A stretch of DNA of 64,000 bases, taken from contig NMRA01000586.1 of assembly GCA_002633005.1 (NCBI GenBank), positions 198,628-262,627 on the forward strand, written 5' to 3'. The DNA comes from Phoronis australis (taxonomy: Eukaryota > Animalia > Phoronida). The translations under genes and the position numbers were made by a program. Every line of letters starts with the position of its first letter. The first letter of the stretch is position 1. Below, piece by piece: positions 38,405 through 48,600 of this stretch. Below the pieces are notes generated by a model that made no database searches, was not told where the DNA came from, and saw only the letters and a program-made list of their open reading frames with translations.

Positions 38405-39310
38405 CTAGGATACATGGAATATTCCACTATGTGGCGCTACCATCTGGGACCGTTTCCAGAAGCACAGGACCTTCTTGTAGCCCTTGCGAAACTGTTGGCA
38501 ACGCAGGCCATAGACAAAACTGTTAATGCAAGAATTCGCTAGTAACAGCCATGATGTGAAACGGAGAAACTGTGTCGGAAGACGGCGTTGGGGATCTACT
38601 ACCAAGGTAATAGCGTGCGGCAGCCAGCAGCTGACAAAAATTAGGAATACAATTAAGAGAGTGCAGGCAGCTTTTTGCTTTTTGTCGATTACGCTTGAGG
38701 TGTGCACACGCCTGGCACTACGTATTTTCTTAAAGAGGCGTGCGTAGCAGACGCACGTGATGGTTGCCGGGAGGACAAAGCCCTGGAAACCAAGTAGGAT
38801 ATAGAAGATTTTGTGTTGAGATTTCACGGAACACGTGCCCATGGCAGGCATGTACTGAGCTGTTGAGTAGCCAATGATCGGCCCAAGAAGACTACAAAGT
38901 ATCATGTATGTGTAGAGAATTCCTAATATGGCAGCCATCTTGGATTTGGTGAAGATGCGTTTGTATGTGATTTCTCCCTTGCACACGTTGATGTACCGGT
39001 TGACTGCAATCGTCATAATACTGTAGATGGACATGCCACCACTGAAGACAGAGAAAAAACTGACAATTTCACAGAGAGCAGTGCCCTCTGTGGTCTTGAT
39101 TTCACCTGCCGACACGTTCATGAGGATTGTGGGTATAACGATGGTGACCATTAACAGGTCAGCCACGGCCAGGTTGATCACCAAAATGTTTCCGACTTTC
39201 TGTCTTGTCTCTTTCTGAATGACGAGAGCGCCAATGACTAGAATGTTTCCCAGGATGCCTATAACTATCATGGCCGACAGCACGACTATCTCCACGTAGA
39301 CTTTGACCAT
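38405..39310 (-). CDS. Class A (rhodopsin-like) GPCR, melatonin-receptor-like orphan, nested antisense in a UBR4 intron
   Basis: Intact 301 aa ORF with seven hydrophobic segments; GN in TM1, LAVADL in TM2, C3.25, NRY, ECL2 Cys, CWLP, NSCINSFVY and helix-8 FRKGY; strong start context ccaacATGg with an upstream in-frame stop. Confidence 0.93.
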   Translation of the reverse strand: MVKVYVEIVVLSAMIVIGILGNILVIGALVIQKETRQKVGNILVINLAVADLLMVTIVIPTILMNVSAGEIKTTEGTALCEIVSFFSVFSGGMSIYSIMTIAVNRYINVCKGEITYKRIFTKSKMAAILGILYTYMILCSLLGPIIGYSTAQYMPAMGTCSVKSQHKIFYILLGFQGFVLPATITCVCYARLFKKIRSARRVHTSSVIDKKQKAACTLLIVFLIFVSCWLPHAITLVVDPQRRLPTQFLRFTSWLLLANSCINSFVYGLRCQQFRKGYKKVLCFWKRSQMVAPHSGIFHVS

Positions 39311-39962
39311 GTTGGATGTGCAGGCAAACTTTGAAGAACTTTCAATTCTGTTGTAGCTATGCTTGTTATGCTCGCGTCACCTGTTGGGGATTACAAAAAC
39401 TCATGGGTGGTAAAAACTCAACACATTTCATATTACGCAAATAATCGCCAGAATTGTCCTTTTTAATTTTTTGTTATGAATAGAATCGAATTTTCCAAAT
39501 TTTTGCCAGACGTTGTCATATTGGGCAAAACAGGAATGTGGTGAGGCATCGGCTTGGTGAAACTTTTGTAGAAAAAATAAGAAAATAAAACTTACTTATC
39601 TGGCACATTGTGAAAAGGTGACTGTTGTTTCTTACATGCTTTATCGAATTTTACAGATTCTGTTTATTAAATATCCCAGGCCTGTGATGTAATCTTTATA
39701 TTGAACACGTGACTAAGAAATTGACCGTGGCATGGCATGTTTCGAGTAAACTTACAAATTTGTAGTCAACATGACACGAGTGGTAAAACTTTGACTCTTG
39801 AGTTCTGAGATCGTGCTGCAACCTTGATTACACGTGTGCAGAGCCACCTGTTGTATCTGTTCACAATGAACTGAACTTTAATTTTTATTTACATGACTGT
39901 GATTTTTATTAGTTCGCAAATTAAAAGTAAACATTGGAAACATGGATAGCGGCACGAGAAGT

Positions 39963-40316
39963 GATTAAATAAAGTTGATGAAAGCACACGCATAAAAACA
40001 GAAAGTACAAATTAATAAATCTAGGTGCAAAAATGATGATTATAAATTAAATAAGGATGAAAGACAGAAATAACAAAAGTAGAAAAGTTTTAGTAACAAT
40101 ATAACATGGACCATACACACACACTTTCACACACTCATGATTAAATAAAGTTGATGAAAGCACACGCATAAAAACAGAAAGTACAAATTAATAAATCTAG
40201 GTGCAAAAATGATGATTATAAATTAAATAAGGATGAAAGACAGAAATAACAAAAGTAGCAAAGTTTTAATAACGATATAACATGGACCATACACACACAC
40301 TTTCACACACTCATGA
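39963..40316. repeat. ~176 bp tandem duplication
   Basis: gattaaataaagttgatgaaagcacacg...acacactcat occurs twice, nearly identical. Confidence 0.93.
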
Positions 40317-41854
40317 TTTATCTCAAACTGTATATCATGTGTTGTGTTTAACACTATACATTAAGTGTTTCAACAAAATGATATCCACATGTCCACCTGC
40401 TCATGAAAACATTTACAGCTTAGATCAAAATATGGAGAAGGGAAATTCCAAAATAATGTAAATGTCCCCCAAAAATGTAATATCAATACTTCTTAAATGT
40501 AAACATGTGGAAACACTCATTCAGTGTGTCACTTGTTGACAAACACCAACCTTGTAATCTAAAGGTGATGGGGGCATTGTACGGTATCGTATAGACTAGG
40601 TTAATGCCGTCTAATCTTTGTTCTTGCCTATTAATGTTTGAGTTGAAACAAGGTTCAGTGTCTTTTTGAAGTTTAGTTGAACAGTGTCTTTTTGAAGTTT
40701 AGTTGAACAGTGTATCTCCAAACACTTTTTAGTATTACGAAAACATGGCTTTGAATTTAATATTATTTGACCATAAATCCTGATCTAAAACACCAGTATC
40801 CTTACTCTGTAAGCTAAGGAGTTTGGAAAAAGGTTTGTAATAATCAAAGTATTCATAGTATTCACTGGCTTTGTCTCAAATAAACGGTCGAAGAGCAAGG
40901 AGAAATTGCGCAGAAAGAAGCGGAAAATCGTTTGACAATTAGCCATAAATTCTCACTTTAAAGTTTTGCTGATTATGGATGAGAAATATGGTTACCTTTT
41001 TGAAAGTTGCTGTAGACCCACTATTTTGTTACGTCCACTAGCCTTGATAATACAACTCACTTAATTTTCTGTGTTCCACTCTAAACTTGTAGTCTTGTAA
41101 CTCCTTCCCTGTACTACCACTCTGTGAGCCCACGTCTTCATGTCTGTTGGTTCCAGTTGATTGACAGCGTACTTATGTACCACCCAACACAGACAGCTCT
41201 CGAATGACAATAAGTTAGAAGATGCCCAAGCGAGCTTAATTGCTGCTAACAATTCAGAAGGTTTAGCAGATTTCTGCCAGTCTGCATGTCTGCTTGTTTT
41301 ACCATCATCAAGTACATGTAGGCGACCATTTGAAATCATGCCCAAATTCATGACCTTGTACCTAGTTTTCATAAAAATATAAACCTCAAGTTATTAAAGA
41401 AAACTGAAATCCTGAAATCAAGCTCCATTGTATCTATCCAGGTAAACAACTATACAGGGGAACTGCAGCAGTGCCTCCATTGCAAAGGGTCACATTACTT
41501 CCAATATCTTTGGATATTAAATTTCCATGAAGCCGTTTTATTTTCAGCGTCCTCGATGATGATGAAAACATTAACATTCCGTAGAGAGATCTTCATTTTT
41601 ACTGCGTGTCGTGTCTTATAGCCGGATTATCGTCCATATTTGCTTTAACACCCCTAAATATTTCATTTTTAAAGAACCATTTTCAGCTTAGTGAACACCT
41701 CCATTTTATATTGCCACTTAGCAAATTAATTTACTGCTACGAGGAACTAGCATTTGTTTTGAAATTCTCTAGAATTGTTTCAGACAAAAGAACGCTATTT
41801 AAAAGATGTTGCCTTATGTGTGTGTGTAATTATGTACTAAGTTTTTGTTTTTAG

Positions 41855-41915
41855 ACCCGGCCTGTGGCATAAAGCAAAGAAGGTGAATATTACTGCTGGA
41901 CAAACAGACATCAAG
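41855..41915 (+). CDS. UBR4: UBR4 exon (absent from ORF track)
   Basis: PGLWHKAKKVNITAGQTDIK; phase 2-0. Confidence 0.94.
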
Positions 41916-42017
41916 GTATGTTGAATGGGACGGATCTCCTGTTAGGGTCTCTTATCACTTGTTGTTACAGTGAATTTTTTTTTTACATTAGGGACAAAGT
42001 TCTGTTTACAAGCAAAA

Positions 42018-42097
42018 TTTTATTTCTGTTTCTGTTGACAAAGGACGTTGTTACATCCAAAAATTTCAGTTGATCCATTCTTGTTGTTTTATTTACC
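42018..42097 (+). mobile_element. Truncated, decayed copy of the 44.2-44.6 kb hammerhead-like repeat arm
   Basis: ttctgttgacaaaggacgttgttacatccaaaaatttcagttgatccattcttgttgttttatttacc. Confidence 0.8.
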
Positions 42098-42701
42098 TAT
42101 TTATATTCGTCATCGAAATAACTTAAACAAGGTGTGGCCAAAGCATTCACCAAAGTTTGAGCATTTGATGCTATTAAAAATCTTTGGTAAAAATGGCAAT
42201 TAATTTTTTTATTAAAAAAGAAATGGTAAAACTGCCACTTTGGAAGAGTAAAATAACCAACACGCTTTAGGGGAGTTGGGTTTGACACCAGTATGTGTTT
42301 GTTAAGTCTAGTTTGAAAGGTTTGATTGGATACGTGTGTTTCTTGACTGCACATCCAATACTTGCATGGGAGTCAAGCAACAAACATCTTGAACCTTTCT
42401 TCTGCTACACATTACGTGTGCATGTTCAAGGTTTCTGTCCGTGGAACTGGAATACGCAATTATACTCATTAACACTTCCCGCGCGCATAATGACGAAAGT
42501 ACGATGCAAATTACATGCAAAGTAGACTGCATTAAAGGCAAATTACAAGCAAATTACAAGCAAATTACAAGCAAATTGGCAAATGACAGAAAATGTTACC
42601 TTAATGATATCTTGAGACTGACGCAGTACAAAAGCATGCCCGACCAGTATGACAATATTCACAGCAGTGCCCAAACATGGCGTATAACCCTGAGCGCGCT
42701 C

Positions 42702-42985
42702 AACCATTCATAAACAAAATAGTATTCACAGTAAGTACTTTACCATTCGTAAACAAAACAGTAAATTTAACAATAAGTACTCGACCATTCATAAACAAAA
42801 TAGTATTCACAGCAAGTACTCTACCACTCGTAAACAAAACAGTAAATTTAACAATAAGTACTCGACCATTCATATTAAACAAAATAGTATTCACAGTAAG
42901 TACTCTACCATTCGTAAACAAAACAGTAAATTTAACAATAAGTACTCGACCATTCATAAACAAAATAGTATTCACAGTAAAGTAC
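42702..42985 (+). repeat. Minisatellite with alternating ~39 bp subunits (~80 bp higher-order unit)
   Basis: accattcataaacaaaatagtattcacagtaagtact / accattcgtaaacaaaacagtaaatttaacaataagtact. Confidence 0.92.
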
Positions 42986-43110
42986 CCATAGTACAATGCA
43001 TAGGTAAGTCGGAGCTAACCTCATTCGCATGTTACTACACAGGAGGTATGCACTTTTTTCCATCTAATTATAATTTCACAGCTACCTTTAATTGCCTTGG
43101 TTTTTTGTAG

Positions 43111-43289
43111 ATTGAGTTTCCACTGCCGATTGTGGCGTGTAACTTGATGATCGAATACGCCGAGTTCTACGACAACTTTCAGGCGTCTGCTGAGACCCTG
43201 CAGTGTCCACGTTGCAGTGCCTCTGTACCGGCCAACCCTGGGGTGTGTGGGAATTGTGGGGAAAATGTATTTCAGTGTCACAAATGCAG
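43111..43289 (+). CDS. UBR4: UBR4 exon, zinc-binding region (absent from ORF track on + strand)
   Basis: [59 protein letters not shown]. Confidence 0.97.
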
Positions 43290-44208
43290 GTAGGTGGAGC
43301 CATGTGTATTTGAATATGCCGATATCACTCAGGGGTTTATCATGACTGTTATGTAGTTTTAATGATCTAAGTCAGCGTTTTGTAAGAAAAGAATGGTGTT
43401 CTGGTCAATAGTACAGAAGTGATTTGAAAGCTTGGCTCCACAACAAAAAGTCGGGTGTTTGGTGATGAATAAGTTTGATTATTCAGGGATTGAGTGATTG
43501 ACATGCAGGCTGACAGTCTGTTAGTTTTAGGGAATGGGAGGAGCTATAATGGAATATGAATATGCATAGGTTGGCAAGTAGGCTGGTTGGCTGCTGGTGT
43601 AAGGACTGGTAGGAGGAGGAGCTACGATGGAAAATAAATGTAAATTGATTGACATGTAGGTTGATTACTGCTTGTGTAAGCAGTGGGTTTTTGCTATTCT
43701 TTATTTAACCAGAAAACTCGTTTAGTGGTACAATTATAGAAAATAAACATTGACACCAGTTTCCCATGAGGCCCTGACAAACAAACACAACCGTCATCGA
43801 CGAAAAGAGTAAGCAATTAGAAATATGCTGAAAGGAATGAACTTTCACTGTCAGAAACTGCACGTTATTACTTGTGCCGTGTGTGGCTATTGTCTCTTGA
43901 ATGTCTTATTGTCAGAGGACTACACATGTTATGTGTATGCATGGTGTACCTTCCAATGCCAAAACGAGGCTTGAACGGCATAGCACGGTCATCTCTGCCG
44001 GGCCAGTCGAGTTTGTATATACTTTTTGTGCAGCTTTTGTATTGTATGGTCCCAAATCAGCTATTAAATACTGAAACTCAGAGACGAGAGTGCAAGACCA
44101 GTCTGATAGTCACTGAGTCGCCGCAGTGTGTTGCACAGAACTAGAACTTGCCTTGAGATAACACTTTCCATGACTTCAAATTTTCTTCTTTTAAGAATAT
44201 ATATATAT

Positions 44209-44607
44209 GTAAATAAAACAACAAGAATGAATCATCTAAAATTTTCGGATATAATAACGTCCTTCATCAATAGAAATAAAGTAAAATCAAACACTATTTG
44301 ACAATTGACATTTAAGATGTGGTGTAATGCAGCGGAAATAATTAAATGAAACAATAAGTTTTTATGTTTAATCCATGAAGTTCTAGATAGACAAGCTCAA
44401 TACACTAGGACCTCATGGATTAAACATAAAAACCTCTTAAATTATATCAATTAATTATTTCCTCAACAATGTATCATATTCATTATGCCACATCTTAAAT
44501 GTCAGTTGTCATATAAAGCTTGATTTTACTTTATTTCTGTTTCTGTTGACGAAGGACGTTATTATATCCGAAAATTTCAGTTGATCCATTCTTGTTGTTT
44601 TATTTAC
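44209..44607. mobile_element. ~400 bp inverted repeat; Penelope-like inverted pseudo-LTR pair with hammerhead-like cores
   Basis: The arms are reverse complements about a centre near 44385-44404; each outer arm reads TTGAYGA-A-GGA..TCC-GAAAATTT. Confidence 0.7.
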
Positions 44608-45039
44608 CTTAAAGTTTATATATTCTACATTTCGTGAAACAATAGTATCCTTAAGAGGATCTAGATTGCCTTATTTAGTTTCAGATTTATTTTCTACGCT
44701 TCTTCTAAGAAGATTTTCTCTTTTTTGTTTTTTCATGTCATATTTGTTATCCAGTTGCCTCTTTTTGCGTCTCTTTTTATCGTTAGTTTGACTTAATTTG
44801 TGCAAAAACGTTCATTTCACTTAAATTTTACAACACAGAAAATATTTCTGTCACACAAGCCTATGTGTTGAACAAATACGTCACGCATAACATGTTATTA
44901 TTTCAAATGAACTTTTATCATGGAAATGAACAATTGATAAGAAAAATAAATTGTGCAGGATGTCAGGTAGCCTTGTGAAAGAGCTCACAGTCATGTCAAG
45001 TTTAGGGTATACCTGAATGGTCTTGCATGACGCGAGTTC

Positions 45040-45275
45040 ATCTGGTCTGGCTTGGGTACAACCCAAACCATTTTGTATGTACTCAAAATTGTGTTTGTGT
45101 ATTCAGCTCTCAGGCTGTGAGTACGCCCCAAATCATTTTTGGTGTACTCATAAAATTGTATCTGTATTAGCAGCTCTGGATCTGAGTACACCCCTAATCA
45201 TTTTGGGTGCACTCATACAGTTGTGTTGGTGGATTCACCTCTGGAGCTCTGGGTACATCCCAAATCATTTTGACT
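45040..45275 (+). repeat. ~67 bp degenerate tandem repeat
   Basis: Recurring gagtacacccaaatcatttttggtgtactcataaaattgt. Confidence 0.7.
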
Positions 45276-45284
45276 GTTATGTCG

Positions 45285-48200
45285 TCATCTCTGTCCGTCC
45301 GTCCGTACAGACGCCGCCCGTATGTCCACTGTTCTATTTCCAAAACTGTTTGACGTTTGTTCATGAAATTTTGCATATGTGGTCCTTTCACGAATGGTAT
45401 GGCATGAGCGAAGTTTCGGACGGATATGTCTACCGGTGTGCCCCTTAGTGGCAATTTTTATGCGCCTACATATATATGTGGTCGCATATTGCCATCATCT
45501 CTGTCTGGGCGTCTGCGGCTGTATCTCCTAAACCCCTCACAGGATCTTATTGAAATTTGGCAGGTATGTTCCTATGAGGTTGACGACAGAGGGCGACAAG
45601 TTTCGGACCGACCCAAATACCGCTCTGCTTTCTAGTGGCAATTTTAGTTTTTTATGTTTGTGTCTGTGTCTTCAAAGGTCCTCAACAGATTTTCATGAAA
45701 TTTGGCACATAGATATCTATTAATGAGTTGACGCTATCCTTCCGTTTTCGGATGGATTTGAGACATTTTGCGCCATCTAGTGGCCTTTTTTTACTATTTT
45801 CGAGTCGTTTTTTTGGCATCCACCCCTGTAACAACCAAACCACTCTAAGGATGATTGTGAAAATTGGCATGTATGTTCGTACTATGATGAAGACAGTTGA
45901 CGATGATTTTCCGATGACTTCAACTATTGTGGCGCCTCCTAGTGGCAGTTTTGTTTGTTTATGCACCATGGCTGTATCTCCTAAGCGTTCAACAGGATCT
46001 TTATTAAATTTAGCAAATGTATTTATGTGAAGTTGACAACGGACAACGACAACTTTCGGACAAATCGGTGTACCGGTGTGCCCCCTAGTGGCAATTTTAG
46101 TTTTTTACGTTTACCTCTGTATCTTCAAAGGTCCTCAACAGATTTCTATAAAATTTGACACAGACATCTATTAGTGAGATGACGCTATCCTTCCGTTTTC
46201 GGATGGATTCGACCTAGTTTGTGTCATTTTTGTTTGTTTTTGATTCTGTTTTTTGGCGTCCGTCCCTCTGTCAACCAAACCACTCTGGATGATTGTGAAA
46301 GTTGGCATGTATGTTCTTTCTATGAAGGTAACGGTTGACAATAATTTTCCGATGACTTCGAATACTGTGGCGCCGCCTAGTGGCGTTTTTTTGCACCCAT
46401 ACCTGTATCGTGTATTAAGACAACAACTTTTTACGGATCCGAAGAACACTCTGCCCCCTCGTGGCAATTTGATTTTTTACGTTTTCCTCTGTTTCTCCGA
46501 AGTTCCTCGACAAGTTTTAATTTGGTAAGTGGCTTTCTTTTGAAGAAACGAAGACATTTTCTGGTTTTCAGACAGATTCGATGTATTTTGCACCATCTAG
46601 TGGGCATTTTGATGATACAAATAAACAACCCTAAAAGCACACCATTTGCGATGCATTCGTGAGCGCATTTCAACGCTCCGCGTTGCTCTTGTACTTTTTT
46701 ACGTTTACCTCTGTATCTTCAAAAGTTCTCTTGAAACGGATTTTCATAAAATTTTGAATTCAGGCATCTATTCGTGAGGTGACGCTATCCTCGAGTTTTC
46801 AGATGGAATCAAGGTATTTTGCGCCACCTAGTGGCCATTTTTGCTGTTTTTGAGTCTGTTTTTTGGCGTCTATCCCTCTAACAACCCAATCATTCTGAGG
46901 ATGATTTTGAAAGTTGGCGTATATGTTCTCAGCGTGAAGAGGACAGTTGACAATGACAAGTTTGACTACTGTGGCGCCTCCTAGTGGTAGTTTTGTTTTG
47001 TTTTGCGCCCATCGCTTTTTCTCCTAAACCCACTGCAGGATCGATCTTTATTAACTTCAATTAGTAAGTGTATTGATTTGAAGCTAACAACTTTCAGGCG
47101 AATCCACTCAACAGTTTGTCCACAAGTGGCAATTTCATTTTATTATGCTTTCCTTTGTTTCTCTGAAGTTCCGTGACGGATTTCTATGAAATTTGGTGCA
47201 TAGCTTTCGATTAAAGAAGCAATGACGTGTTCTCGTTTTCGGATGGATTGTATGTCTTTGCGCCATCTAGTGGCCATTTTTAGGACACAAATAAACCCTA
47301 AAAGCACACCATTTGCGATGCATTCGTGGGCGCATTTCTATGCTCTGCGATGCTCTAACAGTTTGTTTTTATGTCAGCTGGTCAGGTTACACGTACCTAG
47401 ATCATTTTGACTGTGGTCGTCAATTTGTTGTGCTCCACATATTTATATGTGGTCTCATATTGCCTTCATCTCTATTTGAGCATCTGGCATCCGTAGCTGT
47501 ATCTCCCAAACCACTCGCGGGATGTTGATGAGATTTGGCAGACGTTTTCCTATGAAGATAACTTCGGATTTCGGACCTCTCCAATTACAGGTGTGCCCCC
47601 CAAGTGGCAAATTTAGTTTTTTACACTTACCTCTGTATCGTCGGAGGTCCTCAATGGATTTTCATAAAATTTGGCAGTTACGCATCTGTTAGTGACATAA
47701 TGCCATTCGCTCGTTTTCGAACGGATTCAAGGCACCTTACGCCACCTGGTGGCCAGTTTTACCCTTTTTGAATTTGTTTTTGGCATCCGCCCTTCTACCA
47801 ACCAAACCGCTCTAGGGATAATTTTGAAAGTTGGCATATATGTTCTTACTATGAAGAAGGCGACTGACGATGATTTTTCAATGACATTGGCTGCTGTGGC
47901 ACCACCTAGTGGTTGTTTGTTTTTGTACCCATGGCTGTATCTCCTAAACGCTTTACGGGATCTTTATTGAATGTTTTTGCTGGTATATTTATAAGTAGTT
48001 GACAACAGAGGTCTTTCGGGCGGATTGGACTACTGGTGTGCCCCCTAGTGATAGTTTTATGTTTTTCGTTTTCCTCTGTATGTTCAAAGGTTGTCAGCGA
48101 GCGGATTTTCATGAAATTTAGCAGACAGGCATGTATTAGTTAGATGAGGCTATCATTCAGTTTTCGTTTGAATTCGAGGCATTTTACGCCACGTAGTGGC

Positions 48201-48600
48201 CATTTTTACTTTTTTCGAGTCTGTTTTTTGGCACCTGCCCCTCTGTCAACCAAACAACTCTAAGGATGATCGTGGAAATTGCTATGTTTGTTCCTCATAT
48301 CAAGAGAAGGGCTGACGATGATTTTCCGACAACCTCAACAACTGTGGCCTCCCAGTGAGATTTTTTACGCCAACGGCTGTATCTCCTAAACCCTCCGCAG
48401 GATCTTCATTAAATTTAGCAATTAAGTGTATTGATATGAACTTGGCAACAAACAATGACGACTTTCGGGGAGATCAGACTATGGATGTGTCCCCTAGTGG
48501 CAACTTTGGTTTTTTAATTTTACCTCTGTATCCTCAAAGTTCTTCTAGGGATTTTCATAAATTTGGCAGATATGAGTCTATCAGTGATCGTTGTCCCCAT
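45285..48600 (+). mobile_element. Tandem or nested HINE-like (Helentron-associated) elements with a ~150 bp monomer / ~450 bp higher-order array
   Basis: (GTCC)n microsatellite at ~45293; three alternating monomer types; terminal hairpin caacgc-tcc-gcgttg followed by ctcttgt at ~46671-46692, repeated degenerate at ~47340. Confidence 0.75.

Larger units (their letters stand above)
4339..43289 (+). other. UBR4: UBR4/p600 gene, internal portion (36 exons; both 5' and 3' ends lie outside the window)
   Basis: The spliced exons join in frame through all GT-AG junctions (6420 nt). The peptide is colinear with UBR4 as I recall it: UBR box, beta-propeller region, DOC-like region, long helical repeats and QCPRC...CGNC zinc region. 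Confidence 0.97.

Noticed and set aside
38405-39310. GPCR as an opsin
   Set aside because: There is no retinal-binding lysine in TM7 (LLLANSCINSFVY).
42677-42996. Regular repeat array and repetitive ORFs resembling CRISPR or a repeat protein
   Set aside because: The intervening units are themselves repeated (no unique spacers), there are no cas genes, and it is a eukaryotic intron. It is a minisatellite.
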